Shown here: positions 22,464-33,577 of the stretch, piece after piece | Layout of the letters: every line of letters starts with the position of its first letter | Numbering within the stretch: position 1 is the first letter of the stretch | NCBI GenBank assembly: GCA_964187785.1 | Contig: OZ076414.1 | Location: forward strand, 2,108,001-2,172,000 | Source of the DNA: Amphiscolops sp. MND2022 | Lineage: Eukaryota | Direction of reading: 5' to 3' | Length of the DNA stretch: 64,000 nucleotides | The notes under the pieces: model-generated | The model's database searches: none | Told to the model about the DNA's origin: nothing | The model's input: the letters and a program-made list of their open reading frames with translations, nothing else | Program-made: the position numbers and the translations under genes

Positions 22464-23816
22464 ATGGCAGCATCAGTTAACAACCTCTTTGTGGGAAACT
22501 CGACGGAAATTGCAAAACCAGTGACACACAGCGCTCTAGACTATTTCGAAAAGCCTGAAGTAATGATCAATTACGAAGGGGCCTACGATCAAGAAGTATT
22601 CCCCCATGTTGGTTGTCGCGGACCACAGTTGGATTTTTTTGTTGCCGCTGAAGCAAAAAATTTGATTGACTTGAATCGCATTGTTCTCAGTGTTGAGGTG
22701 GCAATCTATCATGAGGATGGAAAGACAAAGGCAAAACCAGGTGACTTTGATGCAGTTTTTTCCAACAATACCCTCCACACGCTCTTTTCGCATGCAGAAT
22801 TGTATCTCAATGGGAAATTGATTTCTCACAGCAACAATTGTTACTTACATTCCGCATTTGTGGAAACTGAATTAACCACCGACACTGATAGTAAAGCTTC
22901 ATGGGCCAAATGTCAAGGCTACAATTATTTAGCCAAGTCCAGTGAGAAAGATCAAATGTTCAACAAGCTTGCAGCTGATTTTGCTCAACTGAAAGAATCC
23001 AAAATGCAGTTATGCGGTGCTCTCCACATTGATTTTCTGGATTGCGAAAAACTTTTACTGCCCAATGTCACCCTACATATTCGTCTTTACCGCTCGCCAA
23101 ATAACACAATCATCCATCTCAAAGGCACCGATGATGAAGCAAAAGCGCACGACGGAAAACTTTTGGCCATTGTCGAGAAGGCTTCGCTTTTTGTGAGGAA
23201 GGTTGTAGTGACTGACAGTGTTAAATTGTCGATAGAAAGAGCACTGGTGAAAAGCGATGCAATGTATCCGTACATTGAGAGTTTGAACAAAAGTTTCATT
23301 ATTCAAGCCGGGCAAAATTGTTTCATAAAGGAAAATGTTTTTGGCACCGAGCCAATTCGACGATTAACTTTGTGCATGGTTAAAAACTCCTTGTTCCGAA
23401 GTACGCCACTAAACGAGTCTCCTTTCTCATACCAAAAGTTCAACTTGCAAAGAGTGGAAATCCAAAGGGGCAATGGTGTTCCTTTAGCTGGGACACCATT
23501 GGATACTACAAACAATGTGAGATTGTACTACAATACGATTACCGCTCTTGGATTCACCCAAAAGAGTAACGGCATCAGCCTTGAGGATTATACAGACAAC
23601 CATTTTTTTCTCGTGTTCGACTTAACATCAACTGAAGAAGCTAGCAAAACTTTCACACTTTTCCCCGAGCTAACGGGATCCAGTTTGACTCTAAAGCTGT
23701 ACTTTGAGAAAGCACTCGATGATGCTATTGAACTTTTTTTGATTGGAGAGCGATTTAGTCAAGTGTTTATTGACTCAGCGCGCAACATAAAGAAAAACAG
23801 CCCGTTTGATGGATAA
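22464..23816 (+). CDS. Major capsid protein (double jelly-roll), 450 aa
   Basis: Size and position fit. Motifs LHTLFSHAELYLNGKLIS, LHIDFLDCEKLLLPNVTLHIRLYR and FFLVFDLT are characteristic of Polinton MCPs. Confidence 0.9.
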   Translation: MAASVNNLFVGNSTEIAKPVTHSALDYFEKPEVMINYEGAYDQEVFPHVGCRGPQLDFFVAAEAKNLIDLNRIVLSVEVAIYHEDGKTKAKPGDFDAVFSNNTLHTLFSHAELYLNGKLISHSNNCYLHSAFVETELTTDTDSKASWAKCQGYNYLAKSSEKDQMFNKLAADFAQLKESKMQLCGALHIDFLDCEKLLLPNVTLHIRLYRSPNNTIIHLKGTDDEAKAHDGKLLAIVEKASLFVRKVVVTDSVKLSIERALVKSDAMYPYIESLNKSFIIQAGQNCFIKENVFGTEPIRRLTLCMVKNSLFRSTPLNESPFSYQKFNLQRVEIQRGNGVPLAGTPLDTTNNVRLYYNTITALGFTQKSNGISLEDYTDNHFFLVFDLTSTEEASKTFTLFPELTGSSLTLKLYFEKALDDAIELFLIGERFSQVFIDSARNIKKNSPFDG

Positions 23817-24357
23817 TTCAACATTACAGCAGATTGTTCTACAGAATCCACATTTGAAACCAAGCTTTGCTGGTGTTTGGTCTGCAGACAATTTTCCTAA
23901 ACAGCCAGGATGGACCGAACAACGGATAATTTTGCGGAGAGGATCAAAACATTCATTGTACTATAGACCTCGTTTGGTTTGGTTCCAAATTGTCAACACA
24001 TCCCCATTGGGTGCAGTAGGAAAACATTGGCTGCTACTGGGAGCAGTCTCGACACAAAAGAAGAAAAATCTAGTTTTTGTTTGGGATTGTCTAGGTCAAC
24101 CCTTGTCACGTTACAAAATTTTCGCTCAGCGTCTGAAGCTGCTGTACGGAAAGACAGGATTCTCGACAATCAACCTGACCCTTCAAAACGCCAGCTCAAA
24201 TCTGTGCGGGCTCTATTGTCTCTTCATGATTGACTACATTGCAAGGAATCCTACAAAAGCACCTAAGGAAATTGATCCAAAACTCTTTACAGAAGTTGAA
24301 ATTATTCGTTTCATGAATGGTCAATATCATACATTGTTTAGATATACTGTAGTGTAA
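23809..24357 (+). CDS. Adenain/Ulp1-like cysteine maturation protease
   Basis: IVNT......GKHW (His), VWDCLG (Asp), LQ (Gln) and CGLYC (Cys) are all present. Confidence 0.88.
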   Translation: MDNSTLQQIVLQNPHLKPSFAGVWSADNFPKQPGWTEQRIILRRGSKHSLYYRPRLVWFQIVNTSPLGAVGKHWLLLGAVSTQKKKNLVFVWDCLGQPLSRYKIFAQRLKLLYGKTGFSTINLTLQNASSNLCGLYCLFMIDYIARNPTKAPKEIDPKLFTEVEIIRFMNGQYHTLFRYTVV

Positions 24358-24428
24358 GACATCTACTTTTTGAATTTAAACGTTATATACCCTCGCCATT
24401 TTGCATAAATAGAAGCAGTATTGAGCTA

Positions 24429-24907
24429 TTAGTTTTCATCTCCGCTACTGGAAGAATAATTCACTAGTTTAAATTCGGCACTTGAGCAAATTTTTCGTCG
24501 TTTCTGAGTTGAATAATACTCTCCATTAAATTGAGAACCATCGTCGTCGTCAGTCGACTCTTGTGCCTCATAATTAATGAATGGACAATCAAAGTGTGCA
24601 TCGTGCTGCTCATCAGCCAAGTCGTCAGATAGAGTGTCCCAATCAACAACATCTGGTAATTCTTCATCATCGTTAGAGCAAGAAGCTGATTCATTGAAGC
24701 CAGGATCGGGGGCATCTAAATTAACAATTAGGTTTATATCAATGGTGAATATAAAGTGATCGATACATTTGTTATAAAACGGTACCAACTGAAATTTGTC
24801 AAGTCAGATTTTAAAGCTTGTTTCAGAGGACTCGCGTAGCTGGAAGCACGCGATGAGCAGCTGCCATCGAGAGAGTCGGCATCAGTATCACTGTCAGAAG
24901 TGGGGAC

Positions 24908-24947
<40 letters not shown>

Positions 24948-27900
24948 ACTGATTTATCACAGTCACTAGAAGAGTCCAACTCTTCGTCAGAAGCAACATT
25001 GACTAAAACCTCACGCTCTCAATACACAAAAAAATTTTTTAAAATTAAAAAACGAAAATTACCTTGATCTGGAACTGGAATGGCATAATGACCATACGCT
25101 AGCGACGCAATCCCATCATTCAATATGTAGCGCTTGTCGTCAAAAGCACTCAATGCTATTTTCTCGACAGAATTAACAACAATTTGGTGATTGACGGACT
25201 TCAGTTGAAACATGGTCTTGGTTACTTGTTCTTTCGAGAGGAGGCACTTTTTGAAAAGATCATGATGCAACGTCTTTTTAACAGACTTGGCAACGCCCTT
25301 TGCACTCTGTTTCTTTCCGCCCACGAAGTCGATGCTGTACAACTTGGATCTGAGACAGACGACTTCTCTCAGAACTTTGCCTTGGAGCTCATCCGTCATA
25401 GTTAAAGGGACTTTTTTGTTTGTTGGGTCATATAGAAAGTGGTCTTTAGGATAATCAGACAAGTCGAGAAGGTGTTTGAAACCGGCCATGTCTTGATACA
25501 AATTTTCTGTTTCGACGCAATAAAGCAGCGAATCCGTGTCTTTGTAGGCCAATTTCAACTTAGCTGCAGAATAGCGGGGTACCATTTGCTCATAATGGAA
25601 TTTGTAAAGCGAAAGTTTGGACAAGTCAAGAATTGATGCTCCCACCGGAGTTGGTTTGTCCCATAGGACACTGCTCGATTTGAACGATACGCTGACCAGA
25701 TTTTCATTGACGATATTGAATGATTTGAAAGATGGTTTTTGAATCATTGATTCAGCTTGTTGAACGTTTCCCACAAAAGCAATTTTACTTCGCTTGCGCA
25801 GATTCTCCATTGTTTTTCCGAAACAAGCGTTGCTCATTAGCTTGAAAAAGTTTTTTTCAAAGTCATTTTCAGCCTGCTTACGCATGATGGTATTTTTTTC
25901 AATGTAGACACCCAACCATGTACTTTGATTAAACTCGCACACACGATGCAGTTTTTCCACAACCAATCCATGCTTTACATAAAATTTCAAATTTTCGTAG
26001 TGACAGACGTAGTTTTTCTTGTCAAAGAGGGTTTCAATCAGTTTAGGGACTTTGTTCGGCTTCAAGCCAAAAGATTTAGCGTAAGCAGACAGCCATTGAG
26101 GCATAATTTGACGTTTCTCGGGTGCCAAAGGCAAGCCATTGTGAGTATCATGAAGTTCTTTTGGATACAGGAGGTCAACTTCGACAAAGAAACCGACATC
26201 TGCATCAGCGGGAGTATCGAGAATTTGTTGCAATGTTATCGCGGTGTTCCATTTATAATTGCCTATGGGCATCATTTTTTGCATTGTGCCCGCATATAGA
26301 GACGTGACATCAAAGAACGCTCCAAACGTTGTAGCTTTGCTAGGGTTGTGATGAGGTAGCAAATCGTTGTTGGCACAGAAATGTCGAATCTCGCCGACAC
26401 CATTAACTCCACCCTAATTCCACGTTCGAAAAACAAAAGTTTGTCAATTTCATCCAATAAGCCCAACTTTGCATCCGTTGAGATCAGCATCGCGTCCCAA
26501 CTGAGGTTCGGAGCTGAGTAGAAATGAGCCGGGTCAAGCTTGTACACCTTGAGACAAACCCTTCTAAATTTTTCAAAAATGTCAGCTAACAGAAAAACAT
26601 CCGTTTGCAAGTAGAGATCGTGGTAATCTCCCAGATTCTTACAAGCAAAAGCTTCATAGATAGTAACAGCTTCATTGTATTGGTCAGGAGTTATATCCAC
26701 TGTCCCAGTGAGGGTATTTTTCCAATCAATTCCGAGGGGTGGCAACGGTTCATCAAACTTTTGGAAGCTGTCCAGAAAGCTGTATGGAAAAAAACCTTTT
26801 TTGGTCAGTTTTTCGAACACCTGATCAGGTACACCAGAAAAATGTTGACGAAGGAGTGCAAAATCGTCAGCCTTCAATGTCTTAGCCAATGATTCCAAAC
26901 TTTGTGACATGAATTGCAAGCTGTCAAGGAATCGCAATGAATGAAACAGCCTGACAATTCTGTTCTTTTTGTCAGTGTAGCTTCCCACCGGCATAGATAA
27001 GTTAATTGAAGTAAAAGTCTCATCAGTTCTGGCGATTGCTGAAAGTTTTTCACCCTTCTCCAATTTCAAATTTTTCAACATATGATGCGAATCGTAGCGC
27101 GAAAAATTGTGGAAGAATACGGGCAGAAAATTTGTTGTTCTTGCTTGCAGGTTACACTTGGAGTGGGCCACGCCAAAGACTTTTCCAGACAAATGGCAAT
27201 GGTGAATCACCCGTGTGGAAACTTCAGCTTCTTTACCGCAGATGCAACACTCGGCAAAATGCACATTTAGGATCCTTTCGCGCTCAGCTTTTGGGATTTT
27301 GAGCCAACGGAACTTTTGCTTTTCTGAGTAACACCAGACAGACCATTGTCGTAAAGTGTTCAGGAGCTTCGATATAGAGTTTCGACCACGATAAAAGGAC
27401 TCTTTCACAACTGCTCCAGCTAAAATTACCAATTATAGTTGAAATATGGTTGATTAATTGTTGGAAAATATAAATGAAAACACTAACCCTTGTTATCGAC
27501 CAGAACAGCACCGTAACTAGCAGGAAACTGTCGCTCAATCTCCCGCGTTTTCGTCGAGAGGCTGTGGGTTTCAGTTTGACAAACATTCAATGCCTCCAAA
27601 TCAGCGTACACAACAAATGGACACTGCTGTGTTTTCTGCCAATTCACAAACTGGAGTAATCGGTCGTCTTTCGGCATTAGGATTTCCAAAGGATCGTTGG
27701 ATTCACAAAAAGTGGAATGCCTGGCCATATTTTGTTTCAAAACTGGTTGGAAACAATTCCTGCAGAATCGACTTTTCGGACCAGTTGACCTTTTCCGCGG
27801 AGAGCGAGAAAGATGATGAATAAGGTTTGAAAAGTTTTTGATGAGACAATAGTGACTCCGTTTCCCTTCAACCAATCGCAAAAGATTAACTTTTCTTCTG

Positions 27901-28913
27901 TGACTTTTGTTTTTGCTACTGTAGATATTGATCAATTTTCTCCCATCTAACTGATAGACATTGATTGAGCATCGGTTTCTAACTTCAAAGGATCGAATAC
28001 CAGAGAGTGGCATGGGCATTTGTTTTGCATTAAAATGTAGCTTATGCACATTTTCCAAATGTGTTTTGGGTCGAAAGGCACGACCGACGAAAGAGAACAG
28101 CGCCGCGGCAACACAATACAGGAAGCAGAAATTGTCCTTTTTATTGACTATATTCAAAAGGCTTCTTTTCAATTTCTGCAGAATAGGGGGCGTTTTGATG
28201 TAGGAACCAGCAACCACAGTAGCACATTTTGCAGTCTTGATTTCAAATCTCTCCTTTTTTTCCACAACCCAGCCTGAGCCACCAGTAGCAAACACGTTGA
28301 GTTGGCTCATCAGTTGATCCAAGTGCTCCAAGAACTCCTCTTCAGTAAATTCCAGCGATAGCTTGGCCATGCTTGAATTGAAAAAAGCTTCGGTCGAATC
28401 GTCAACTAAAGGTTTGCGTAAACGCACGCTCATTGAAAACCCCATCTTCATGTTGCCTTCAACCTCCAAAATCGAGTTGACAAATCCCATAATTTTGTCT
28501 TTCAATGAAATCAAGCAATTGAAAGGTTCAATAAACAACGACTCCCCAAGTTTCAATCGATGAATTTGGAAATGTGATTTCAAAGCTTTTGTTGAGAATG
28601 CGATAGTTGAAACATTTTCTGGAAGAGAGCGTTTGACGTTTCCAGTGGAATGCAACTCCTTCTCATGCGTAGAAAGAGCTGTAGAGCAACCATAAAAACT
28701 GGGACATGTAGAACATCGGAATTGGTTTGTCATTTTATGGACGGAGCGTAAATGCCTCAACAAATTCTTTGATTGGGTGAAACCTGTAGGACAGTGTCCA
28801 CAGTGGAATATTTTGGTGCACTGTTCAATATTTCCATGTTTTGTTTTCATATGATTGCTTAAAGCTCGCTGGGAAGCCAAAATCTTCCCACAATGTTGGC
28901 ATGAAAAATTCAT
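24429..28913 (-). CDS. Protein-primed DNA polymerase B (pPolB), proposed spliced gene. Exons 28913-27488, 27419-25063 (1-bp frameshift ~26413), 25002-24790 and 24715-24429; ~1,427 aa
   Basis: Three C2H2 fingers, ExoI YADLE, Endo VII-like HHCHLSG..AH..CNL, ExoII HNFSRYD, ExoIII YLQTDVFLL, and polymerase motifs FDVTSLY, KLMSNACFGKT and YKDTDS. The GT-AG introns are all phase 1. The polymerase call is firm; the last two exons are less certain. Confidence 0.85.
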
Positions 28914-29301
28914 TCCAGAGTGAAACCTTTCAAATATTCACGGTGCCATTCCATATCAAGTTGAAATTTCTCAAGATAAAAAAGAGCAGAAAACGTACTA
29001 GGAAATTCAACTACTTTTTTGAAGGAGAATGGCACCGTGAAGGAAAATTTGAGACAGTTTAGCTTTTCAATTTTCCGGAACAGTAAGAAATCGTAATTAT
29101 GGGCTTTTAAGAGCGAAGATTTTCATTCACTTGTGAGCTCTGATATAACATTCGATTTCTTTCAAAGTTTGTCCAAACGGTACTTTTCTATTCTATCTCT
29201 GTGAGAATGTCACGAAAGGACAGTCAGCAGTCATCTGTATCAATAGGATTCGAAATCTTTCTAAGTTAACGTTTCTCTTGGTATAGAAACCTTTAAGAAA
29301 C

Positions 29302-29546
29302 CTTCATCGCTTTGCAATGTAAACAAAGCTTGACATATGGCACACATTTTGAATAAAGAATCAGTTTGACCTTTGAGCTTTATGACTTTGAAAGTTTTCG
29401 AGTTGGGAGCCCAAAACGTGCACAAGAAATCTATCTTAGAATAATTTCGGTTGGGAGCCCAAAACGTGCATAAGAAATCTATCTTAGAAAATTTTCGCTT
29501 GGGAGCCAAAAACGTTCATAAACCCCCCCCCCCCTCCTTTACTACT
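29302..29546 (-). repeat. Maverick right TIR (245 bp)
   Basis: Reverse complement of the left TIR; ends ...CCTCCTTTACTACT. Confidence 0.95.
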
Positions 29547-30753
29547 CATAGCATACCGGGCGAGACCAAAGACTCCCCCCTTTCATTTTTTTCGGCACTG
29601 CGAGACTTTTTTTCGAAAAAAAAATTTTCCCCAAAGGGTCCCCCCTGCATTTTTTGATGTTTTGCGACAGAATGGATGTTGAAAAATCCCAAAGGGTCCC
29701 CCCTTTCAGTTTTTTTCGGCATTGTGAGATTTTTTCCCGAAAATGAAAATTTTTGTTTTCTTCAATTTTTTCATGTTTTGCGACAGAATGGATGTTGAAA
29801 AACCTCAAAGGGTCCACCCTTTCAGTTTTTCGGCATTGTGAGACTTTAGCGCGCCACTCGGTCCATTTTTTTGAGTATGTAATTTTTTCGAAAAATTTTT
29901 TTTCCAAAAAATTTCTATTTTCGAGTACTGTAAAAGAGTACTTGACACTTGGAAGTCTTTTTGCTATTTTTGAGCTTTGGATATGGCGCCGACTTGGGCC
30001 GGTCCCGGCTTGTTTTGAAGTACGAATACACAATTCTCACTTGGGACAGAACAAATTAATACAGTTGCCCATCTATAATATACAGAGAACCCAATTTGGT
30101 AATATAGGCCCGCATTTGGGTTGAACTCATTTTGCTCATGTCATTAGGTATCAAGTCCATCCATTTCAATCAATTGTACGTTTTGCGTAAAGTTTTTGTA
30201 TGTGATTTCCGCTTCGTCACTGTTCTGCTATAGGTAGAGCTTAAGAGCCTATTTGCCCGCCAACGTGTTGACATAATTGTATCTGACACATTTGATATTT
30301 CTAGACACTGAACTGCTGATTCGTTACGCAATTGTTGAAAAAGTTTTTCAACTATTTCAATAATATAAAGTTCTAAGACAGTTAGAATTTTGTTATCAAA
30401 CAATATATCTGCCGATAGTCAAATTTGTTTCTTAATAATATTGCTCAAGTTTTTTTGTACTGGGTGTTTCACCCGACACCAGTACATTTGAAAGATTTGT
30501 CTCTTGTGGTTGTAATTTGTTGAATAAAGGAAGTAACATATCAAGTTTGAAATGCTGTAAGGAAATGAAAACGTGAATTCGCTCTGCCGAAGATTGTTTA
30601 CGAAAAGCGCCACTTAAGCGTTAGCGGGCCAGTCGCAAGATCGCCAACAAACGATCAGCGCGTTTTTTATTGCTCACTTTGGTTAGACCTGACATCTATT
30701 TTTATAAGAAATGGAATAAGAAAGAAATGAAAAATCTTAATTTCAGCACGGAA

Positions 30754-31237
30754 TTTTTAGTCGGCGCTTCATGAAGTGAAACGCGACTACTATAGTGACT
30801 TTTTTTTCTATCCACACGAACTGACCAAAATAGTTCTTAAAAGTTCTACAAAATATTATTGCACCAAGTTGCACTATTTGGCCTAGCGAACTGAACCAAA
30901 AAGGTTTTTCCGCGTAACATACCATACCGGGCGAGACCCCTTTCATTTTTTTCGGCACTGCGAGACTTTTTTCGAAAAAAAATTTTCCCCCAAAGGGTCC
31001 CCCTGCATTTTTTTGATGTTTTGCGACAGAATGGATGTTGAAAAATCCCAAAGGGTCCCCCTTTCAGTTTTTCGGCATTGTGAGACTTTAGCGCGCCAGT
31101 GGTCCATTTTTTTGAGTATGTAATTTTTTTTCGAAAAATTTTTGATTTTCGAGTACTGTAGAAGAGAATACTTGACACTTGGAAGTCTTTTTGATCCTTG
31201 GATATGGCGCCGACTTGGGCCGGTCCCGGCTTGTTTT
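30754..31237 (+). mobile_element. HINE-like element copy (empty-site reference for the Maverick)
   Basis: Same termini and internal sequence as the split copy. Confidence 0.75.
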
Positions 31238-31907
31238 CCAACAGGTTTTGCCAATTGTTACTAGATGCTGGTACAAAGCAAAACGGCAATCCTATACCCG
31301 TACACAACAAGGCATTGTGCAGCAAAATCACCTGAAATGCTGTTTTAGTCGGCTCTTGATGGAATAAAACGACTATTTTAGTTATCTTTTTTCAATCCTC
31401 TACAATATTTCTTTGATTAAAAGGATTATCTTTTTCTTATTCTGAGATACGTTTCCGGATTGAAAGGGAGTCTGCTTGTTTTTTTGGAGTTGTTTGACTT
31501 TTTTTCGAAAAAATCCTTACTTTTATACATATAGTTTTTTGGATAGAAAATGCGTTTTTTAAGCCCAAAGGGCCCCTTTGGGTTTTTTGGAACTGTGCGA
31601 TTTTCGGGAAATCTTTGGTGTCATTTTGGGTCCTCGCTTTGGTTCTTGCATGTTTCCAGTCATAAATCAGAAAAAATTTTGGTTATTTGTTTTTCTGAGG
31701 AGAAAAAACAGTTTAGGCTATTTTGGCATTGTAATTGAGATTTTTTCGGAAATTTTTTCCTTGACGCTTTGAAGTAATATTTGTTCTCTTCTAGCTTTCG
31801 AACACGCTATTTTCAAAATTTTGCAAAAATGCCCAGTTTCATGGGCGTTAACGCATTTGAAGTTGTTTGTCGATGTAGCAGCGTGAGTGGATACGACTAA
31901 ATTAGCT

Positions 31908-32290
31908 AAAACAAGCCGGGAACGGCCCAAGTCGGCGCCATATCTAAGGCTCAAAAAGACTCGAAAACCACTTTTTCTACAACTGGAGACAACAAAAGCT
32001 CTCAAAAAACTAAAAATTGAGAAAAAAAATTCCGATTTTTTTTTGAAATTTTTTTTCGAAGTTTCCGGTAAGTCGCATAGTGCCGAAAAATGTAAAGGGG
32101 GGACGCTTTTTATCTCATGTTAGACGCTTTGGATGCGTTGAAAATGAAGTACTAAGTACATATGGTAAAAGTCTGTAAATGTGCATTAATTGGATTAATG
32201 CACAAAAAGTGGACGTTACGCGTTGAACTGACGAAAAAAAAACTAGCCACTGTAAGAGTCGGGATTTTCTTCGAAAACGCCGACTAAAAA
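31908..32290 (-). mobile_element. HINE-like element copy, reverse orientation
   Basis: Begins AAACAAGCCGGGAACGGCCCAAGTCGGCGCC and ends GCCGACTAAAAA. Confidence 0.7.
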
Positions 32291-32496
32291 CGATTTCAAA
32301 CATCCGAATTGTAATAGTGACGTTTAAATGCTTTCAATGTTAGAATGAACTAGCATCATTCTATCTAGCAGCAATCTTTGCACAATACGGATGTGCGGAG
32401 TTTTGAAACCCTGTGTAGAGTATAACTCAAAGCTGTCACTTGATATCATTTTTGGAATGTCCTACTGTGTATTGTGTTTTTGTGTGTTGTGTTTAG

Positions 32497-32592
32497 GACA
32501 GTGTTGAGGAGGCGCATATCTTGCACGAGGTGCCTCAGTACGTGTTCAACACCTCGGTGCAGCACGACCCCAAACTCACCACTCTTCTCAGG
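32497..32592 (+). CDS. CASK: CASK-like exon 9 (DSVEEAHILHEVPQYVFNTSVQHDPKLTTLLR; L27 domain)
   Basis: GTTTAG|...AGG|GTGAGT; 96 nt, phase 0/0. Aligns with CASK DSLEEIHAL...QDQHLHTLLD. Confidence 0.8.
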
Positions 32593-32695
32593 GTGAGTCA
32601 ACCCAGTCAACTTTCCTTTCTCGCTATTTTCCAAATTCTGCCAAAAATCCACTTTAGTGACAATCCACTTAGTTGTTACTTACGAGTTACTTATG

Positions 32696-32765
32696 AGTTC
32701 CGGTGGACCAGTTGGCAGGGCGCCAGGCTCCCAGGCAGTTGATCATGGGTTCGAACCCGGTTTGA
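32696..32765 (+). other. Degenerate tRNA-like/SINE head
   Basis: A-box-like TGGACCAGTTGG and B-box GGTTCGAACCC at tRNA-like spacing; no canonical cloverleaf. Confidence 0.35.
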
Positions 32766-33415
32766 GATTGGTTCTTTTGTTTTTTTTCGGAAGCTACACC
32801 TGAATACTTCAGGGTGGAAAATATCCCGGTGGATAGCGGGCGTCTTGTTAACCACTATCAGTGCTGCAGCATCAGTTTCTATCTTAACACAGCTTCTTAA
32901 ACATTTGGTCCCTTGAGGTTGAAAAATAGATGGGCCTTCGTCAAAACCAGTGGCTGGTCAAGTAACGACACTTCGCTCCTACTCGTAGGGCACTATACTT
33001 GTGTCACCGTACTCTTCCAAATTTCAAAACTGTTCAATTTCTAGCCATTGCAATTGTCTTTCGACATCGTGGCACCAAATATTCATTTTCCATGCTGTGA
33101 GACGCCCCCTACTTGGCCACTAAGGTGGTCAAAACTGCTCAACAAAGTTTGTGAAAGTCGCCGGTGTTCTTCCAATATTGCTCTTTGTAGAAAATGTTCC
33201 AATTTTTGTTCTGTGGATGGTTCTCTAGGCTCGTCGTTGCAAGGTTGATTACTTCGACTTTGTTGCTTCGAAAAGGTGCTTCTGTAAACCGAAGTTTTCA
33301 TCCATTTTCACTGTTTAAAATGGCTCATTTTGAATTATGAATCTTCTGATAATGGTTAGATTCTGCTGCAAAAGTTCTGCGTTGTTTGATTTCTACTTTT
33401 TGACCGTAAAAAACT

Positions 33416-33577
33416 CAGAGTTGGAACCTGGTCGGACTTGAAAACCGGCCGGACGGGGCCTGTTCCGATAAGTGTAGAATAATAAAAAGGGTCCGAAATA
33501 AATTCATTTTCTATCAGTTAGTAGGATTTTCAAAAGCAGTAACCGTGCCTGGATATTCGGACCCGGTTCCAACTTTG
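33416..33577. mobile_element. hAT-type MITE
   Basis: TIR CAGAGTTGGAACCTGGTC vs rc CAAAGTTGGAACCGGGTC; exact 8-bp TSD AAAAAACT on both sides. Confidence 0.75.

Larger units (their letters stand above)
15665..29546. mobile_element. Complete Maverick/Polinton (adintovirus-like) element, 13,882 bp, in the CASK-like intron
   Basis: 5'-AGTAGT and ACTACT-3' termini, ~245-bp TIRs, and a 6-bp TSD CATACC (15659-15664) / CATAGC (29547-29552). Carries ATPase, integrase, penton, MCP, protease and pPolB genes. Confidence 0.97.
15489..30016 (+). mobile_element. HINE-like element split by the Maverick (15489-15664 plus 29547-30016)
   Basis: The two halves join to match the uninterrupted copies at 30754-31237 and 56349-56911, which read GTAA-CATACC-ATACCG at the empty site. 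Confidence 0.85.

Noticed and set aside
25019-25021. Stop-codon readthrough from pPolB into the Ser-rich ORF
   Set aside because: The frame does continue, but there is no readthrough context (TGA-G), and a 60-nt GT-AG intron explains the join better.
29542-31331. 100-160-aa ORFs in HINE copies (also 42794-43171, 56311-56753)
   Set aside because: They arise from low-complexity non-coding repeats and differ in frame and length between copies.
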